A DNA stretch of 64,000 bases from an archaeon (lineage in GTDB: Archaea; Nanobdellota; Nanobdellia; Woesearchaeales; GW2011-AR9): positions 621-64,620 of the forward strand of contig JAUYKZ010000001.1 of assembly GCA_030704845.1 (NCBI GenBank), in the 5' to 3' direction. Below the pieces are notes generated by a model, which was not told the origin of the DNA, did not search any database, and saw only the letters and a program-made list of their open reading frames with translations. This document shows, in pieces, positions 57,270 through 64,000 of this stretch (positions are counted from its first letter, which is position 1; each line of letters starts with the position of its first letter). The translations under genes were made by a program, and so were the position numbers.

Positions 57270-58094
57270 TTAAGAATTCTTTTTAGTTAACTGCAAATAA
57301 TTTTCAGAAGATATTAACGATTTTCCTATTTTTTGTTCTAGTTCTTTTCGAGTATTCTTCGCGATATTACCGCCTTCCTTAGCAGTCTCTTTTAGTTCTG
57401 GAACACCTTGTGCGTTTTTGGCAATAGTGATATCTGTAGTTGCCTTCTCTCCAACCATATTCAAGATCAATTCCCAATCCGTCATATAATCTCTTAGATT
57501 CTGATTAGGCTTGGCTAAATCTTTAAACTTCTTGTATTCTCCGACGGTCTTACCAAATGCTGCTTTAGAGATTTCGTCTGTTAATATTGCAAAGTCTCTC
57601 TTTTCTTCAGCACCCCTGTTTTTCCATTCGTTAGTAAGATCCTGCCTTATTGCAATACCTCTCAGCCTTTTGTCAATCCACTCTTTAGGGTAACCCTTTA
57701 GTTTATAGTATTCTTTTACTCTATCTTGAGCAAGCTCTGGGTTTTCAATTTCTTCGATACGCTCTTTTCCAATTTGAGCTAACCACATCTTGAATGGTTC
57801 AGCTTTCTTGGAAGGTATGGATTGTATAATTCTAAAAATAGACCTAGTATTAGCACAGTCTGTTAGTCTCATCTTACCATCTGTAGCAGGTAATTTCAAC
57901 TGGTGACAAATTGTCACCACTTCGCTTCCTTCTTCATTTAGCCTTTGACTAAGTTTATTCCAATATTTTCTAGCCATTAGGTGGTCTTCTTGCTCAGTCA
58001 AAGCTGTAACTATATCAACTACAGAAAAATACCATTCATTATTAAACCAAATTCTTCTAATTTTCTTATCCTGAAACACAATTAACGACTTCAT
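57270..58094 (-). CDS. Bro-N domain protein (phage antirepressor-like) with a C-terminal KilA-C/ORF6C-like region
   Basis: N-terminal FQDKKIRRIWFNNEWYFSVVDIVTALTE matches Bro-N. Confidence 0.65.
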   Translation of the reverse strand: MKSLIVFQDKKIRRIWFNNEWYFSVVDIVTALTEQEDHLMARKYWNKLSQRLNEEGSEVVTICHQLKLPATDGKMRLTDCANTRSIFRIIQSIPSKKAEPFKMWLAQIGKERIEEIENPELAQDRVKEYYKLKGYPKEWIDKRLRGIAIRQDLTNEWKNRGAEEKRDFAILTDEISKAAFGKTVGEYKKFKDLAKPNQNLRDYMTDWELILNMVGEKATTDITIAKNAQGVPELKETAKEGGNIAKNTRKELEQKIGKSLISSENYLQLTKKNS

Positions 58095-58219
58095 AAGTAA
58101 TTTGTATCACCGATGGTATATAAAATCTATCTGCGGTTGACCAGTGGGAAGTGGCTCTTAAAACACCAATGATGGAGGTGGGGCGCTATTTCCCTTGGTA
58201 CAGAAATGGGATAATTTTC

Positions 58220-58570
58220 TCATTTCTTGTAACCAAACTTTTTATCGTAAGTTTTGTGATCCGTAATGTCAAGAACGAATGCAACAATTTCAACTTCGCT
58301 TTCTCCGTCGGTTAATGAATACAACATCCTCCAAAAAACAGGAAGTTCGACATGGAAAAGGTTTGTTGCTCCATATCTAAGTTTGTATTCTCCTGGAATG
58401 AGATTTTTAGCAATGGGTTCTCCATAATGGGGATTTGATTTAATCAGTTCTACTTTTTGATTGACGGCTTTGAGAATCATCCGTTCCGTTTTGGATGTTG
58501 GCGCTTCTTCATTAAGATGCTTATAGACTTCTTCTGCCTCGGGAGATAATTTTACGCGAACAATTTTCAT
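58220..58570 (-). CDS. RelE/ParE-like type II toxin
   Basis: 116 aa. The C-terminal VEIVAFVLDITDHKTYDKKFGY resembles the RelE-family catalytic tail. Overlaps the upstream small gene by 4 nt. Confidence 0.5.
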   Translation of the reverse strand: MKIVRVKLSPEAEEVYKHLNEEAPTSKTERMILKAVNQKVELIKSNPHYGEPIAKNLIPGEYKLRYGATNLFHVELPVFWRMLYSLTDGESEVEIVAFVLDITDHKTYDKKFGYKK

Positions 58571-58845
58571 AATTCGAGCCCCTCAGCAATTGCTTTCCGT
58601 AAGTTCGGATTAGGATTGTGAATCCAAGTTATGCCTCGCATGGTTACTAAAATTTTGTTGCTTAATTCGAGATATTCAAGAATAACTTTAAGGGTGTTAT
58701 GGTTTATTTGCCTGGGAAGTATGCGTTTAAGTTCTGCAACAGTTATAACGCTTTCATTCATGTTCTTGAGAATATCTTCTACCATAAGTACAGTGTTTAA
58801 AGTAGGGCTATGTTCCAGTTTGTGTTCTTGTTGTAATTCAGGCAT
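58567..58845 (-). CDS. Putative antitoxin partner (92 aa)
   Basis: Small acidic protein whose stop overlaps the toxin start (ATGA). Its own TATA-like element sits about 30 nt upstream. Confidence 0.45.
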   Translation of the reverse strand: MPELQQEHKLEHSPTLNTVLMVEDILKNMNESVITVAELKRILPRQINHNTLKVILEYLELSNKILVTMRGITWIHNPNPNLRKAIAEGLEL

Positions 58846-59029
58846 TTTGGTATTTAATATTTATTAACTTATAACTAATATTTATCAACTGATATTTAAA
58901 TCTTTTGCTTGGTTAGGACACTTTAGGCGAATTTTTCATGACATTAGTAGTGTACCAGTGTTTAAGATTGATAATTTCTCCACAAAGAGTGCAAAGTTCT
59001 AGACGACAAAAAAATCCTTCACAATAACC

Positions 59030-59038
59030 TTTATATAA
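59030..59038 (+). promoter_or_regulatory. TATA box (TTTATATAA) 21 nt upstream of the SRP54 start codon
   Basis: Canonical archaeal TATA; leaderless configuration. Confidence 0.45.
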
Positions 59039-59059
59039 GCACCCTTCTTCTAGCATCTG

Positions 59060-60412
59060 ATGGTACTTGGCAAACTTGGAGATTCTTTAAAGGAGACGTT
59101 AAGCAAAATTACGTCCTCAGTTTTCGTAGATGAAAAACTAATAAACGAACTTGTTAAAGACATCCAACGAGCACTTCTTCAGTCTGATACTAACGTTCAG
59201 TTAGTTTTTGATTTAAGTAAAAATATCAAAGAACGAGCTAAAGAAAAAACTCCCGCGGGCATTACAAAACGTGAACAATTAGTTAAAATTGTCTATGAAG
59301 AATTAACAAACTTCTTAGGTAAGGGAGCTCGTGAAATTAAACTTGAAAAGAAACCATTACAAATCATGTTGGTCGGTCTTTTTGGTTCAGGAAAAACTAC
59401 TACGGCGGGTAAGCTTGCCAAATATTACAAGAAAAGGGGATATAAAGTTGCAGTTATTCAGACTGACACTTGGCGTCCTGCTGCATATGAACAGCTGAAA
59501 CAATTAGCATCTCAAGTCGGTGTTGATTTCTATGGTATCAAGGAAGAGAAAGATCCGGTAAATATTTATCTTTCAGTTGAAAAGAAACTTCCAGACTACG
59601 ATTTAGTGATTGTTGATACTGCTGGAAGAGACGCTTTGTCTGAAGAATTAATCGCGGAACTTAACGCTCTAAATGAAGCGGTGAAAGCTGATGAAAGGTT
59701 ATTAGTTATTTCTGCGGATATCGGTCAGGCTGCACAAAAACAGGCTCAAGCTTTCCATGACACTTGTAATGTTACCGGCGTTATTGTCACAAAACTGGAA
59801 GGGACAGCTAAAGGTGGTGGAGCATTATCTGCTTGCGCTGTAACTAATTCTCCGATCATGTTTATCGGGATTGGTGAGAAAATTGACGATTTGGAAATGT
59901 TTCATCCGCAACGTTTCGTTGGAAGATTATTAGGTATGGGTGACATTGAATCTTTACTTGAGAAAGCAAGAGAAGTCATGTCTGAAGATACGGCTAAAGA
60001 TATGCAAGAAAAATTCTTGAAAGGCGATTTTAATTTGATAGATCTTTATGAACAAATGAAATCTCTAAAAAAGATGGGTTCGTTTGGCAAACTTATGGAG
60101 ATGATTCCGGGTATGGGTCAATTAAAACTTCCAAAAGAAGCTTTAGATATCCAAGAAGGAAAATTAGAAAAATGGAAATTTGCAATGGATAGCATGACTC
60201 GGGAAGAGTTAGAAGATCCGGATATAATCTCTTCTGAGAGGGTTGATCGGGTTTCTTCTGGGTCAGGTTTAGCTGTTAGTGAAATCAGAGAGTTGCTTAA
60301 ACAATATCGTCAAAGTAAGAAGATGATGAAGATGTTTAAAGGTGGGGATAAAGACATTTCTAAAATGATGAAACGAATGGGCGGTAAAATGCCGAAAGGC
60401 ATGGGTTTCTAG
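59060..60412 (+). CDS. srp54: Signal recognition particle protein SRP54
   Basis: N domain, G domain (MLVGLFGSGKTTTAGKLA, DTAGR, TKLEG) and a Met-rich M domain (MMKMFKGGDKDISKMMKRMGGKMP). Confidence 0.95.
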   Translation: MVLGKLGDSLKETLSKITSSVFVDEKLINELVKDIQRALLQSDTNVQLVFDLSKNIKERAKEKTPAGITKREQLVKIVYEELTNFLGKGAREIKLEKKPLQIMLVGLFGSGKTTTAGKLAKYYKKRGYKVAVIQTDTWRPAAYEQLKQLASQVGVDFYGIKEEKDPVNIYLSVEKKLPDYDLVIVDTAGRDALSEELIAELNALNEAVKADERLLVISADIGQAAQKQAQAFHDTCNVTGVIVTKLEGTAKGGGALSACAVTNSPIMFIGIGEKIDDLEMFHPQRFVGRLLGMGDIESLLEKAREVMSEDTAKDMQEKFLKGDFNLIDLYEQMKSLKKMGSFGKLMEMIPGMGQLKLPKEALDIQEGKLEKWKFAMDSMTREELEDPDIISSERVDRVSSGSGLAVSEIRELLKQYRQSKKMMKMFKGGDKDISKMMKRMGGKMPKGMGF

Positions 60413-60434
60413 TTTAGTTTCTAGTTTTTCTTAT

Positions 60435-60610
60435 GTCGTGAGATTTTTAAACGCTGAGAATTCTACCACTTTATTGAATGATGGCTTATAAGTAAACCAT
60501 TATTAATGGTGGAATTCTGGCGTGTTCAAAAAGAAACTGATCCGACCGAACGGAGCATGTCGCAGGTGTATTCGCTGGTGGGGGTCAGTTTCTCTTTTTG
60601 ACATCTCACT
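60435..60610 (+). ncRNA. Candidate structured ncRNA (possibly a reduced SRP/7S RNA) downstream of srp54
   Basis: The terminal helix pairs GUGAGAUUUUUAAA with UUUUUGACAUCUCAC. A long imperfect hairpin spans 60452-60530 (CGCUGAGAAUUCUACCAC with GUGGAAUUCUGGCG, apical AAUGAUGG/CCAUUAUU). A second hairpin pairs GAAACUGA with UCAGUUUC. Its interior, CCGACCGAACGGAGCAUGUCGCAGG, is reminiscent of SRP RNA helix 8 (tetraloop, AGCA, GCAGG). Confidence 0.35.
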
Positions 60611-60628
60611 GGACTGAATTTTCAATTA

Positions 60629-61153
60629 TTATTGTCCTGAACTCCACGGATAAAATGATGCAAGGAGCAGTAAACAATCTAAAGCTGGGGTTCTCTGTTC
60701 TCCAGAAACATAAACCTGAGTTTCAGGATATTTAATGATTTCTCCTTTACAGTTAGTGTGATGTTCTTTTAATTGATCATGAATCTCTGAGACCAAAATA
60801 AAACTTTCATAGTTTTCTCCATCAACTTCTTCATGGAGAATTCTATCTAATTGGTTAACATAATCTGCTACAGCAGCATTTGCAACCCATACCTGAGCTG
60901 AATAATCCGAATGATTTTCTTCACGTTTAAAATAAACAATACTCTCCCGGAATAAATTTTCTTTTAAATTAACAACTCGCTTTGCGGAAAGCATTTCTTG
61001 GTCTGGACAAATGCTGGCAAAGAGTGAAATTGGTCCTTTGTTTGCCAAGAAACGAAGACGGTTTGCAACGGCAGTATTTCTTCGTTCTAGTTCAATCTCA
61101 TGTCCTTGACAAAAGAATTTCATTACATCATACATATCATTAATAAGTTCCAT
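60629..61153 (-). CDS. Hypothetical protein (174 aa)
   Basis: ORF only. Confidence 0.45.
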   Translation of the reverse strand: MELINDMYDVMKFFCQGHEIELERRNTAVANRLRFLANKGPISLFASICPDQEMLSAKRVVNLKENLFRESIVYFKREENHSDYSAQVWVANAAVADYVNQLDRILHEEVDGENYESFILVSEIHDQLKEHHTNCKGEIIKYPETQVYVSGEQRTPALDCLLLLASFYPWSSGQ

Positions 61154-61249
61154 CGGGTCTTCATAGCCCTATTTCTTTAAAAATATTATCTTCAGAATCG
61201 AAAAGATTAAAGATGCAATCATTTTTATTAGATTTAGGAGGATGATATT

Positions 61250-61534
61250 ATGGTTAAACTTGTAAGAGTTGAGATGTTAAATAAAAGTAAATTAGAGTGT
61301 ACGGTAAAAGCAATAGGTCTTTTAATGAAGGATTTGTTAGATCTTAGGGATGAAATTAATCCGATAATTCATTCTATGGGAACATCAAAACATGCAGCAA
61401 AATTGATACCTAATGAAAGCAGAGTTAATCAGATAAGAACGTTATTCGCTAATACCGAGCTACATTCAAGAAACATGCAAAAATTTGCTAAAGAAACAAT
61501 AGCATCATTAGAAGTATCATTAGCAGAGTTATAA
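61250..61534 (+). CDS. Hypothetical protein (94 aa)
   Basis: ORF only; GGAGGA RBS-like element upstream. Confidence 0.4.
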   Translation: MVKLVRVEMLNKSKLECTVKAIGLLMKDLLDLRDEINPIIHSMGTSKHAAKLIPNESRVNQIRTLFANTELHSRNMQKFAKETIASLEVSLAEL

Positions 61535-61542
61535 GTTAACGA

Positions 61543-61668
61543 TTAATCTAGCGGCACTTCTTTTCGGAAACCGCAGGATTTACAGTACCACACTTTGAAC
61601 ATTCCATCAGAGAATTTGTGCTGTCCTTCATGAAGTTGTTTTTTACATTCTGGGCAATGGTCTAGCAT
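61543..61668 (-). CDS. Small zinc-ribbon protein (41 aa), not in the ORF track
   Basis: Reads MLDHCPECKKQLHEGQHKFSDGMFKVWYCKSCGFRKEVPLD (CPEC...CKSC). Confidence 0.35.
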   Translation of the reverse strand: MLDHCPECKKQLHEGQHKFSDGMFKVWYCKSCGFRKEVPLD

Positions 61669-61744
61669 GGTTTAAGATAATGTGCACCTATTAATAACCT
61701 TTTCGGGAGAAAGATTAAATACTTGAATTATTTTCTATTTATCG

Positions 61745-62503
61745 ATGGCGTCATATAAACAATTATCAAGATTTCAATCAATTTTAAATGAAGATAGTTT
61801 TACTTATATCTCATCGATTCAAATTATAAGACAGATGTCTCAGTTGATTAGGTCGTTAAAACATACAATCCCTCCTGGCGGAAGAGATTTTGCTAAACAA
61901 TATCTTCTAAATTTTGAAAAGTTTATTTCCGTGATTAATTATGAAAAAATAAATCAGTTAGAAACAGGTATCAATCTTTGTTTAAGTACGGTCAGATTTG
62001 TTTCAGACATTCTTAATCAGAGAAGAGAACAACAATTGCCTTCTGGGCGATTAAGGGTAATGGAAAAAGAATACCTTTACAGTCTTGGAAAAATTCTTTC
62101 CGGGTTAAGAATTGCGTTTAGGGTTGATATCAAAACTTTCTCTCCACCAAAAGATGTTGCATTACGTTATTTCTTTGACAAGAAAGAAGGCGTTGGTAGA
62201 AACTATGCATTCAATAAGATTGGCGGCGATTCTCCAGATAAAGTTTTACCTTCTTTATCAATTGAAAACATTTATCTTGCTATTTCTTTATTAGAACTAC
62301 ACCGAGATACTAAAAATATTGGTAGTTGGACTATTTTTGGAACAACAGCTACTCCGATTAGAATCATTGCATCAGAAAGGCTAATTGGTAAAAAGAGGAT
62401 TTTTGCAATATTTAAGGCTGAGGGCCACACTAAACAAAAAAGTGGGTATCTTATACTAACCAAAGAAAGTACGCCTCAAAATACTCCGTTCGAAGAACTA
62501 TAA
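61745..62503 (+). CDS. Hypothetical protein (252 aa)
   Basis: ORF only. Confidence 0.45.
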   Translation: MASYKQLSRFQSILNEDSFTYISSIQIIRQMSQLIRSLKHTIPPGGRDFAKQYLLNFEKFISVINYEKINQLETGINLCLSTVRFVSDILNQRREQQLPSGRLRVMEKEYLYSLGKILSGLRIAFRVDIKTFSPPKDVALRYFFDKKEGVGRNYAFNKIGGDSPDKVLPSLSIENIYLAISLLELHRDTKNIGSWTIFGTTATPIRIIASERLIGKKRIFAIFKAEGHTKQKSGYLILTKESTPQNTPFEEL

Positions 62504-63094
62504 TTCAATTATCTTTCCAGATTTTCCAACGTTTATTACTTTAGTATTGCCTATCTTTTCTTCGATACCATGCGTTTCATGGATATGGCCACAAATATGA
62601 ATATCTGGCTTAAATTCTTCAATGGCTCTTCGCACACCTTTACTTCCCCACCCAATAGTTTTCATGCTTATAATGGAATCATTTGGTTCTATGTGAGTTA
62701 CCATCAATTTTTTCTTGGCATCCTTAATCTCTTCGTGAGCTTTTCTAAGAGTTTCAAAAAATTCATCTTCTGATAATGTTCGCATGATATCTGCATACCC
62801 GCAGCCGAAAATACCCACATCGCCGATTCTTAAGGAATATCCGTGGATGTTTTTAATTTTGTAATGTTCTGCAAGAGCGTTAATTTCAGCCAATCCTTCG
62901 TGATTTCCAGGAATGATCGCAACTTCAAGTCCTTTAGCTTTAAATGGACCAATCATGCCCTCTTTATGCTGATCAAAATTGAAAATATCGCCTGCAATGA
63001 CAACTAAGTCGACTTTTTCTTTAGCTCCTTTCTCAGCCATTTCTTTCATGAAAGATTGGTCTCCATGAATATCACTTATTGCTAATATTTTCAT
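62498..63094 (-). CDS. Metallophosphoesterase (MJ0936/YfcE-like)
   Basis: ISDIHGD, GDIFN, GNHE and GHIHE motifs. Confidence 0.75.
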   Translation of the reverse strand: MKILAISDIHGDQSFMKEMAEKGAKEKVDLVVIAGDIFNFDQHKEGMIGPFKAKGLEVAIIPGNHEGLAEINALAEHYKIKNIHGYSLRIGDVGIFGCGYADIMRTLSEDEFFETLRKAHEEIKDAKKKLMVTHIEPNDSIISMKTIGWGSKGVRRAIEEFKPDIHICGHIHETHGIEEKIGNTKVINVGKSGKIIEL

Positions 63095-63193
63095 ATGATT
63101 TTAGGGTCATGCCCACTTTATAAGCGTTTCGGTTACTATTGCTGAGTGGTTAAAACCAGAAGGTTTATAAATGAAAGGCTACCTAAAAAAAGT

Positions 63194-64000
63194 ATGATGG
63201 ACTATGTAGCGGAATTGAAACAGAATCCTAACGATTGGGATACATGGCTTATTTATTCTGACACTCTTCTACGTCAAGGCAATCCTCTTGGAGAATTGAT
63301 TGGTTTGGAGCATCGTTTATTTTTCTCACCAGGTCATCTTGAAGGGAATAATTATTCTGCTTTAATGGAAGCTAGAGAACAAGCCCGGAATGATGTAGAA
63401 GAAGATCTGAAAGAAAAAGGCGTTTCACGTGTTCTTGATTGGTATCATGGTCTTCCTCGTGATGTTGACTTTAATGGTAATAATGAACAGAAAGCCAAAT
63501 TAATTAGGGAGAATCCATTCATTCAGCTTATCGAGACAATTAGAGGAGGTTACAAAGCATTTTCTAAATTAGTTCCAGGCACTAGAAGACATGCGGATGA
63601 ATTGTGGCAAGATCGGTTGGTTCTTCATGAACTGAGAGAGATGGGGTTTTATATTGCTGATGGAGCAGTTTATTTTCTTAGCAAAGATGGCAAGAGTCAA
63701 CATCTAGGAGGCGAGCCTTATCTTGCTCTTACGAGAGAAGGCAGCAATCCTTTATTAAAGAATCTTGGTGAGGCATATAAACAATTATCAGAAACAAGAG
63801 ATTATCGTGTGCCTGAGGAAGATTTAGAGTCTGCTCTTGCCGATCCTGAAACGGAAGTTTTTGAGTTATCTAAATTGGGTTTGGATAGATACTATGATGA
63901 TTATTCTATTTTAGAAATTCCTACTCGACTAATTAGCCAATCTCTAAATGATGATCAGAGAAGATTAGTCGAGCGCGTTTATGGGAAAGGAGATGACTTT
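63194..64000 (+). CDS. Hypothetical protein, 3'-partial (runs off the window); the N-terminus resembles the TIGR02996 repeat-companion domain
   Basis: Open frame of 269 codons with no stop. The N-terminal NPNDWDTWLIYSDTLLRQGNPLGELIGLE resembles the W-x-x-YADWL-x-E-x-GDP-x-GE-x-IRLQ repeat-companion consensus. Confidence 0.5.
   Translation, partial: MMDYVAELKQNPNDWDTWLIYSDTLLRQGNPLGELIGLEHRLFFSPGHLEGNNYSALMEAREQARNDVEEDLKEKGVSRVLDWYHGLPRDVDFNGNNEQKAKLIRENPFIQLIETIRGGYKAFSKLVPGTRRHADELWQDRLVLHELREMGFYIADGAVYFLSKDGKSQHLGGEPYLALTREGSNPLLKNLGEAYKQLSETRDYRVPEEDLESALADPETEVFELSKLGLDRYYDDYSILEIPTRLISQSLNDDQRRLVERVYGKGDDF

Noticed and set aside
57249-59059. Integrated element inserted into the tRNA-Arg(UCG) 3' end
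   Set aside because: No direct repeat of the tRNA 3' half (UCCCUGCAAGCCC) is visible in the 2.4 kb downstream. The LOG-like gene lies between the tRNA and the Bro-N gene, so an att-site-delimited insertion is not supported from this window alone.
1-64000. Possibility that the contig is bacterial (CPR-like), given the DnaK/DnaJ/GrpE, QueTgt-like Tgt and SLT enzymes
   Set aside because: GatE, a 220-aa archaeal-type TIM, PdaD, class-III-signal pilins with a PibD-like peptidase, BHB-type tRNA introns at non-canonical positions, and TATA boxes about 25 nt upstream of tRNA 5' ends are archaeal traits. The bacterial-type genes are better explained as horizontal acquisitions.
1-64000. Alternative genetic code (stop-codon reassignment)
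   Set aside because: Long motif-complete ORFs terminate cleanly at standard stops and show no in-frame TGA or TAG within conserved domains. Gene density is normal under the standard code.

Overview
The window is AT-rich (about 35% GC) and gene-dense. It looks like a small-genome archaeon, plausibly DPANN-like. The archaeal markers are GatE, an archaeal-type triosephosphate isomerase, pyruvoyl-dependent arginine decarboxylase PdaD, TruD/Pus7, ATP-dependent DNA ligase, class-III-signal pilins with an A24 prepilin peptidase, TATA boxes about 25 bp upstream of tRNA and leaderless protein genes, and tRNA genes with bulge-helix-bulge (BHB)-type introns at non-canonical positions. Mixed in are genes that look bacterial in origin: the grpE-dnaK-dnaJ operon, a QueTgt-like tRNA-guanine transglycosylase, and two SLT-type lytic transglycosylases.

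The most striking structure is a co-directional cell-surface cassette at 946-10647. It encodes a membrane-anchored 683-aa protein, a 1779-aa secreted Cys-rich giant protein with an N-terminal FN3/purple-acid-phosphatase-like domain, a small membrane protein, and a secreted SLT lytic transglycosylase fused to an SGNH hydrolase. A second SLT-like protein with a C-terminal EF-hand sits next to a protein carrying a phosphoribosyltransferase (PRTase) domain at 27619-29736. Other secreted hydrolases (an SGNH esterase, a BNR/sialidase-like lipoprotein, an HExxH Cys-rich protein) are scattered through the window. Together these suggest a candidate host-cell-wall (bacterial murein) attack or attachment system in an episymbiotic archaeon.

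Five or six tRNA genes all carry introns. tRNA-Arg(CCT) has three, in the D-loop, the anticodon loop and the T-loop. tRNA-Asn(GUU) and tRNA-Arg(UCG) carry T-loop-region introns that all end in GAAAG immediately before the UCC of the 3' T-stem. A tandem tRNA pair at 38273-38551 includes tRNA-Ser(GGA) with a canonical 18-nt intron. Further points of interest:
- a minus-strand operon of the bacterial-type tgt with two tandem paralogous genes of unknown function;
- a Bro-N antirepressor plus RelE-like toxin/antitoxin islet next to tRNA-Arg(UCG);
- an uncharacterised gene inserted between dnaK and dnaJ;
- a 2 x ~75 bp tandem repeat (90 bp period) upstream of gatE;
- a ~175-nt highly structured candidate ncRNA just downstream of the SRP54 gene;
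- a type-IV-pilus-like locus (two pilins plus a prepilin peptidase).

All functional calls come from motif recognition in the supplied translations and sequence; no database search was run.
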